Shown piece after piece: positions 58,183 to 64,000 of a stretch of 64,000 bases of DNA. Position 1 is the stretch's first letter; each line of letters starts with the position of its first letter. Origin of the DNA: Candidatus Parcubacteria bacterium (GTDB lineage Bacteria; Patescibacteriota; Minisyncoccia; Phycocordibacterales; CAIJYI01); assembly GCA_026395595.1 (NCBI GenBank), contig JAPLYL010000001.1, positions 6,174-70,173 on the forward strand, written 5' to 3'. The notes under the pieces are model-generated. The model was not told the origin of the DNA. It worked only from the letters and a program-made list of their open reading frames with translations, and did not search any database. Position numbers and translations under genes: made by a program.

Positions 58183-60132
58183 ATGAAAAATGAAAATGCT
58201 AACCACTTCGCAGAAGGAATGATCACGATTACCGCCAAAGGAATAGGCTATGTGAAAGTTGACGATTCCGAACAAGAAGATATTGAAATCGGACAAATGT
58301 TTTTGAACACCGCGCTTCACGGCGACCGCGTGCGGGTTTTTCTGCATCCGGAAAAAGAAGGCCAGCGGCAGACCGGCGAAGTGACCGAAATTCTTTTGCG
58401 CGGAAAAATGACGTTTATCGGAAAAATTGAAAGAAAAGGAAATCTTGTTTTTCTCGTTGCCGATGACCGCCATATGTATACCGATATCTATATTCCCCAC
58501 GAAAAATCACAAGACGCCCAGAATGGACAAAAAGCTTTCGTCAGGATCATTGACTGGACCAATCCGAAGAAAAATCCGTCCGGAGAGGTTATAAAAGTCA
58601 TCGGAAATCCGGGAGAACACGAAACGGAAATTGAGGCGATTATCTTGGAAAAAGGTTTTGAACTCGGTTTTACTCCTGAAGTTTTGGCGAACGCGGAAAG
58701 TATCAGCGGGATAATTACCGCGGAAGAAATCGCAAAAAGAAGAGATATGAGGGCTATTACGACTTTCACGATTGATCCGTTTGACGCCAAAGACTTTGAC
58801 GACGCCATTTCTTTTGAAACTCTGCCGAATGGCGACTATGAAATCGGCGTGCATATCGCCGACGTTTCTCATTTTGTCACTCCGGGCACAGCACTAGACA
58901 AAGAAGCGCGGCTCCGCGGAACTTCCGTCTATCTCGTTGACCGATGTATCCCCATGCTTCCCGAACGTCTTTCCAACGACCTCTGCAGTTTAAAACCGAA
59001 CGAAGACCGTCTGGCTTTTTCCGCTATTTTTACCGTGGACAAAAATTGCGTCAAAGAAGGAACGCATGTTGAAGTGAAAAAACAGTGGTTCGGAAAAACC
59101 GTCATCCATTCTGACCGCCGTTTTACTTACGAAGAAGCGCAGGAAGTTTTGGAAGGAAAACAGGGTGGTTATCCGGAAGAACTGCTCGCCCTGAACGCCA
59201 TCGCAAAAAACATGACGAAGGCTCGCTACCAAGAAGGAGCCATCTCTTTTGAACAGGACGAAATAAAGATTATTTTGGATGAAAATGGCGTACCCGTAAA
59301 GATTATCAAGAAACAGAGAAAGGACGCTCACAAGCTCGTGGAAGAGTTCATGTTGCTCGCAAATAAAAAAGTGGCGGAATATATCGCGCATATCGGAAAA
59401 GCGGAAGAAAAATTGTTCGTCTATCGTATCCATAACGAGCCGGACAAAGAACGCATCAGAACGCTCGCGGTATTTTTAAAAACGCTCGGCTTCACTCTGA
59501 AATTGGACGAAAACGGAGGAGTTTCCACCAGAGACTTGAATGATATTTTAAGCGCGACCGAAGGCGGGCCTTTTCACAACCTCGTACATACCTCGGCGCT
59601 CCGCACGATGTCCAAGGCTATTTATTCTACCAAAAATGTCGGACACTACGGTCTCGGTTTTGAACATTACACGCACTTCACTTCCCCGATACGAAGATAC
59701 CCGGACGTTCTTTCTCACCGCCTGCTTTTCGCGCATCTCAAACAAGAAGAAATTCCCGATTCCGCGTGGCATGATTATGAAGCGATGCTCGTCTACGCGA
59801 CGGAACGCGAGATATTCGCTACAGACGCCGAACGCGCTTCCATCAAATGGAAACAAGTGCAGTATATGGAGACCAAAGTCGGACAAGAATTTGAAGCGAC
59901 TATCACGGGCGTTACCGAATGGGGCATTTACGTAGAAGAAAAAGAAACTCGTTCCGACGGAATGATCCGCATGAGAGATCTTTCCGACGACTTCTATATT
60001 TTGGACGAAAAGAATTACTGTCTTATCGGCAAAAACAAGAAGAAGAAGTACGCCCTCGGTGATGTACTGAAAGTGAAGCTCACCAAAGCGAATGTTGAAG
60101 ATCGGCAATTAGACTTCGCTGTTATTTCATAA
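58183..60132 (+). CDS. rnr: Ribonuclease R
   Basis: ALHGDRV, TIDPFDAKDFDDA, EEFMLLAN, YTHFTSPIRRYPD, C-terminal S1. Confidence 0.96.
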   Translation: MKNENANHFAEGMITITAKGIGYVKVDDSEQEDIEIGQMFLNTALHGDRVRVFLHPEKEGQRQTGEVTEILLRGKMTFIGKIERKGNLVFLVADDRHMYTDIYIPHEKSQDAQNGQKAFVRIIDWTNPKKNPSGEVIKVIGNPGEHETEIEAIILEKGFELGFTPEVLANAESISGIITAEEIAKRRDMRAITTFTIDPFDAKDFDDAISFETLPNGDYEIGVHIADVSHFVTPGTALDKEARLRGTSVYLVDRCIPMLPERLSNDLCSLKPNEDRLAFSAIFTVDKNCVKEGTHVEVKKQWFGKTVIHSDRRFTYEEAQEVLEGKQGGYPEELLALNAIAKNMTKARYQEGAISFEQDEIKIILDENGVPVKIIKKQRKDAHKLVEEFMLLANKKVAEYIAHIGKAEEKLFVYRIHNEPDKERIRTLAVFLKTLGFTLKLDENGGVSTRDLNDILSATEGGPFHNLVHTSALRTMSKAIYSTKNVGHYGLGFEHYTHFTSPIRRYPDVLSHRLLFAHLKQEEIPDSAWHDYEAMLVYATEREIFATDAERASIKWKQVQYMETKVGQEFEATITGVTEWGIYVEEKETRSDGMIRMRDLSDDFYILDEKNYCLIGKNKKKKYALGDVLKVKLTKANVEDRQLDFAVIS

Positions 60133-60138
60133 AACTTC

Positions 60139-60214
60139 CGTCATTCCGGACGAGATCCGGAATCCATAAGTTCGAGCACCCGCCCTGGATCCCGGGTCGC
60201 GGCCCGGGATGACG
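60139..60214. repeat. GTCAT-type REP doublet
   Basis: cgtcattccgga-cgaga-tccggaatcca ... tggatcccggg-tcgcgg-cccgggatgacg. Confidence 0.8.
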
Positions 60215-60258
60215 AATGTAGTGTTATTTGGGAAATAAATAATAACCGATTTTAGTTT

Positions 60259-60777
60259 ATGAAAGAAGAAAACAAAGAAGCAAAAATAACATCTCCGTTG
60301 GAAGAAGCTTCCATAAAAGCAACACAATGGATAGGCACTCCTTTTTCTCTCGTGGTTCATACGGTATTTTTCATCGGAATTTTTTTCCTGAAAAATTTCG
60401 GATTTTCTACCGAAGAGATACTTCTTATTTTAACCACCGCCGTATCTCTGGAAGCAATATATTTGGCTATTTTCATTCAGATGACCATTAACAGGCAAGA
60501 AGCAAAACTCCACGAAGTCCGTGAAGACATTGAAGAACTCGGCGAGGATGTTGAAGAAATCGGAAAAGACGTTGATGAACTATCCGAAGACGTTGAAGAG
60601 ATAGGAAAAGACGTTGATGAACTCGGCGAAGACTTTGAAGAGATAACGGAAGACATGGAAGAAGATGAGAAAAAAGAGGAAGCCTATCGTTCCGAAAGAA
60701 ACAAAAATCTGCAAAAAATAGAAACCACTCTGCAGTCGCTGATTATAGAGTTGGAAAAAATGAAAGAGAAGAAATAG
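60259..60777 (+). CDS. DUF1003-like two-TM protein with acidic heptad-repeat coiled coil
   Basis: WIGTPFSLVVHT..LTTAVSLEAIYLAIFIQMTINRQ; (EDVEEIG-KDVDELx) repeats. Confidence 0.8.
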   Translation: MKEENKEAKITSPLEEASIKATQWIGTPFSLVVHTVFFIGIFFLKNFGFSTEEILLILTTAVSLEAIYLAIFIQMTINRQEAKLHEVREDIEELGEDVEEIGKDVDELSEDVEEIGKDVDELGEDFEEITEDMEEDEKKEEAYRSERNKNLQKIETTLQSLIIELEKMKEKK

Positions 60778-60790
60778 ATAACAAACAACA

Positions 60791-60829
60791 AAAAAAACAC
60801 TTGGCGGTTTCACCGCCAAGTGTTTTTTT
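60791..60829. terminator. Bidirectional terminator built on the palindromic element cacttggcggtttcaccgccaagtg
   Basis: Hairpin flanked by an A run and a T run between convergent genes; 24/25 identical to 10846-10870 inside uvrC. Confidence 0.8.
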
Positions 60830-60830
60830 G

Positions 60831-61199
60831 TTACCCCATTGAAATCAATTCTTTGAGTTTTTCGTCTGCAACGCCATTCATTTGCAGATGCTTCGGAAAA
60901 ATACCGTCGTTTTCAATATCATTACTTTGCACCGGCAAAATATAAACATTTCCGCTTTCTGGATTTTTCCCGAGAACGACTTTTACCCCTTCTTTTTTAC
61001 ATCTTTCTATTATCTCGTCTATTGGCGTGGCAAAACCGGGAAATTCTTCTTCATCCGCTTTTAATCTTGCATACGCTTCGGTGTTAATTCCCGGAAAAGA
61101 AAAACTTTCCTGATTTTGACTCAATTCAAGAGCAAGAGAAATTTTCTTCTGTTTTTTCTCTTCTTCAGGGCTCGTCATTTTTGGGGCAAATTCCATCAT
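60831..61199 (-). CDS. Hypothetical protein
   Basis: 122-aa ORF filling the space between neighbouring genes, natural amino-acid composition. Confidence 0.7.
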   Translation of the reverse strand: MMEFAPKMTSPEEEKKQKKISLALELSQNQESFSFPGINTEAYARLKADEEEFPGFATPIDEIIERCKKEGVKVVLGKNPESGNVYILPVQSNDIENDGIFPKHLQMNGVADEKLKELISMG

Positions 61200-61212
61200 A
61201 AAAAATTTTACA

Positions 61213-61569
61213 TTATTGTTTTTCTAATATCTCCACCCGACGGACAATCCCGTTAAATTCATTTCGGTGTACGGTTTCATCAAGACTTAAAACGGTACCG
61301 AGTTGTTTTTTATCAATAGAAGCAAGCCTGCGGTTGGTTTCTTTTTGTTCTTCCTCTATCGAGTAAACTCTTTGCTTGATGAAAGAAACGTCATCTTTTA
61401 ATGAAGAAACGTCGCCTTTTAGTAAAGAAACGTCGCTCTTCAACGAAGAAACGTCGCCCTTGACTGAGGATATTTCCGACTCTATTTTTTCAAATCCGTT
61501 CATGGTAAATACAGCGAGCTTTTCAATAAGCTCCCCAAGTTTTTCCAACGTCATTTTTTCCTTTTTCAT
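61213..61569 (-). CDS. Small coiled-coil protein with 21-bp tandem repeats; paralog of 51893-52204
   Basis: (DVSSLKx)4 heptads; shared termini. Confidence 0.8.
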   Translation of the reverse strand: MKKEKMTLEKLGELIEKLAVFTMNGFEKIESEISSVKGDVSSLKSDVSLLKGDVSSLKDDVSFIKQRVYSIEEEQKETNRRLASIDKKQLGTVLSLDETVHRNEFNGIVRRVEILEKQ

Positions 61570-61608
61570 GAATATATTTTATCTTAGGGTCTGTTAAAAA
61601 GCAAAAGC

Positions 61609-63894
61609 TTACCGCGCCATCATTCCTTCGGCGTCTTCAAATTTTATGGAGAGGATTTTTGAGATGCAGTCTATTCCGACGGTTACGCCGTAGATGATGC
61701 CGGCGTGAGACATGGTTTCGCGATTATGCGTAATAATGGCGAGCTGAGAAGTTTTGGAAAGCGTTTCTAGCATCATGCCGTATTTTTTGGAATTGGACTC
61801 ATCAAGAGCAGCATCGGTTTCATCAAGCACCAAGAACGGCGGCGGATTGACCTGTGAGACGGAAAAAAGCAGAGCAATGGAAGTAAGAGTCCTTTCGCCC
61901 CCCGACAACATCTGAATGCCCCGCAGGCGTTTGTGCGGCAAAGAGATGTTTATTTCCAAACCTTCCTCTTCGTCTTCCTCGGGGACTGTTTCTTCTGTTG
62001 CCATTTCAAGACTTGCATCGCTTTCCTCTGTTTTTTTCTTTTTCGGAGGGAGTACCGTTTTGAGAGAGGCCGTACCTCCGCCGAACAGCACCGTGAAAAA
62101 TTCTTGGAATTGTTTGTTTATCTTTTCCAACCCATCTTTGAATTCCGTCGTCAGTTTTTCCGAGAGTTCAAAGATAAGCTGGTGCAAAGATTCGGCGCTT
62201 TTTTCTAAATCGGTCAGTTCGCGGTCAAGAAAAGCATCGCGGTCAATCACCTCTTCATATTCTTTGAGTACGTCTTCTCCTCCGCCAACACCGAGTTCCT
62301 CAATGCGGATCTTCATGCGTTCCACATTTTTTTTGCGATTACGCTGAACTTCCCGGTCTTCAGTAAAAACTTCTTCTTTATTTATTTCCACTTTTCCGTA
62401 ATCCAAAATTTGAGAACCGACCAGAATGCCCGCCTCGCCGAGTTCGCTTTTGAAATCCTGTTCTTCTCTTTCAATCTCAAAATAGCGGGAACGGCAAGAA
62501 TTTACTTTCAAAGCCGCTTCGCTTCTTTTGGACATCATGCTGAAAAGTTCGCGTTCAATATCGCGGGTCGCATCTTTTTCTTTTTCGGCAGAGGCTTTCA
62601 TGGAGGAATACAACGAATGAACTCTTCTTTCTTCTTCGTGAAGCGCATGCATTTCCCTCTCCACACTCTCTTTTTCTTCTCGCCGTTTCAAAAGTTCCGC
62701 TTCGCTTTCTTTGAGTCCATCGTCTTCAACAACAAGCCGTTCTTCTTTTGAAGCGGATTGATCTATAAATCCGCGAAGCAAATTTTTAATACCGCCGAGC
62801 AATTCTTTCATTTTACCGACATCGTCCAAAGAATAGGCATTCTCAATCATTTCGTTCGCCATCTGTACCATCTCGCGAACACGGGAAAGCGATACGGGAA
62901 TATCTTTTATTTCCGCGTTATTTTTTCGTTCTTTTTCTCTGGCAATACGGCGAACCTCCGATTCTATCATTCCCTCCAGTCTTCCCAAAGCACGAGAGAA
63001 TTCGTCTTTTTTGTTCCGCACGGAACGAATATCGGCTTCCAGTTTCAAAATCTCCCCGGAGAATTGGCTTTCTTTCCCGTCCACAGAAATGGTTTCTCTT
63101 GCTTTTTGTATTTGTTCGTCCAGAATACGAAGCTCTTCTTTCGGGCCTTTCATTTCTTCTTCATTCGTTTTTTTCTGATGTTCCAAATATAGCTCCTCCC
63201 TTTTCAGATATTCCGCGTATACGCCGGCGAGTTCATCTCGCAGTTTTTTCACGCGTTCAATTCTCTCCACTTGTTTTTTCAAAAAGGAAATACGCGGGGC
63301 CAACTCTTTGCGCAAAAGTGAAATTTCCCGGACGTTTTCTTCCGTCTTTTTCAGTTTCCGTTCGCTCTCACTAATTTTGTATTGATAGATGCGCAACCCC
63401 AGCGCGTCTTCTATCATAATGCGACGATCTTTAATGGAAGCAAAAAGGAATCGGTCGGTTTCTCCTTGTGAAATAATATGATGGGCGGAAGAACCAATAT
63501 GCGCGACAGAGAGAAGCTCAACCACATCTTTCAAACGCACGGTCGTGCCATTTATTGAGTATTCATTTGTACCGTCACGAAAGACTTGCCGTCCGATGGT
63601 TACTTCGTCGTAATCAATATCAAAAATCCGGTCTTTGTTGTCAAAAGCAATTAAAACAGTGGCTTGATTTGTGCGACCCAAAACCTTGGAACCGTTCCAA
63701 ATGAGATCTTCTCCTCGTTTGCCACGCATTGATTTTATGGATTGTTCACCCAGAACAAAACGCATCGCTTCCGCAACGTTGGATTTACCCGAACCGTTCG
63801 GCCCGACAATAGCAGTAATGGGAGCACTGAAATCCAGCACTGTTTTCTTCGCAAACGATTTAAACCCCGTAATCTCAATTCGTTTTAATCTCAT
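61609..63894 (-). CDS. smc: Short SMC-family ATPase (761 aa)
   Basis: GFKSF, GPNGSGKSN, ISQG, LSGGE, LDETDAALD, ITHN. Confidence 0.9.
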   Translation of the reverse strand: MRLKRIEITGFKSFAKKTVLDFSAPITAIVGPNGSGKSNVAEAMRFVLGEQSIKSMRGKRGEDLIWNGSKVLGRTNQATVLIAFDNKDRIFDIDYDEVTIGRQVFRDGTNEYSINGTTVRLKDVVELLSVAHIGSSAHHIISQGETDRFLFASIKDRRIMIEDALGLRIYQYKISESERKLKKTEENVREISLLRKELAPRISFLKKQVERIERVKKLRDELAGVYAEYLKREELYLEHQKKTNEEEMKGPKEELRILDEQIQKARETISVDGKESQFSGEILKLEADIRSVRNKKDEFSRALGRLEGMIESEVRRIAREKERKNNAEIKDIPVSLSRVREMVQMANEMIENAYSLDDVGKMKELLGGIKNLLRGFIDQSASKEERLVVEDDGLKESEAELLKRREEKESVEREMHALHEEERRVHSLYSSMKASAEKEKDATRDIERELFSMMSKRSEAALKVNSCRSRYFEIEREEQDFKSELGEAGILVGSQILDYGKVEINKEEVFTEDREVQRNRKKNVERMKIRIEELGVGGGEDVLKEYEEVIDRDAFLDRELTDLEKSAESLHQLIFELSEKLTTEFKDGLEKINKQFQEFFTVLFGGGTASLKTVLPPKKKKTEESDASLEMATEETVPEEDEEEGLEINISLPHKRLRGIQMLSGGERTLTSIALLFSVSQVNPPPFLVLDETDAALDESNSKKYGMMLETLSKTSQLAIITHNRETMSHAGIIYGVTVGIDCISKILSIKFEDAEGMMAR

Positions 63895-63941
63895 TGATAT
63901 TATTTTACAATCTTTGAAACATTTTTACAAAGCAAAACACC

Positions 63942-63979
63942 ATGTTGTAAATTCTAGCATATGCTAGAATTTACAACAT
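63942..63979. repeat. Perfect 38-bp palindrome, no spacer
   Basis: atgttgtaaattctagcat|atgctagaatttacaacat. Confidence 0.9.
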
Positions 63980-64000
63980 TGGAAAAATTACTTTATACCA

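Noticed and set aside
1-64000. DGR reverse transcriptase or template repeat, tRNA, rRNA, CRISPR array, transposase
   Set aside because: No YxDD RT ORF, AAC-rich template, cloverleaf, rRNA-like tract or regularly spaced repeats recognised by eye; a computational scan could still find short RNAs.

Overview
Chromosomal segment of a Patescibacteria (CPR) bacterium, most likely Parcubacteria/Paceibacteria, using genetic code 11. It holds core genes (rpoB, rpoC, rpoD, dnaG, uvrB, short uvrC, cysS, glyQS, trmD, rpsP, rpmA, rplI, rnr, short SMC). It also holds a surface-structure region at 1-9.6 kb (two large surface proteins, six VirB2/TrbC-like pilin paralogs, a sugar-binding protein), a carbohydrate cluster (GT4, GH15, GDH, PGI, ROK) and many small accessory genes. 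I found no rRNA, tRNA, CRISPR array, transposase or reverse transcriptase. Strongest observations: (1) a NYN/LabA-DUF88 (PIN-like) nuclease gene bracketed by two equal-length 54-nt hairpin units with six compensatory base-pair changes, each behind its own -10 box on the opposite strand, a candidate RNA-antitoxin or RNA-partnered nuclease module; (2) an orphan DGR-like variable region at the end of a gene inserted in the rpsP-khpA-trmD operon; (3) palindromic repeat elements inserted in-frame in both uvrB and uvrC; (4) DnaA boxes at a near-fixed distance upstream of the pilin/surface-gene promoters; (5) single-base homopolymer frameshifts confined to accessory genes. All family assignments come from motif recognition by eye, not from database searches.
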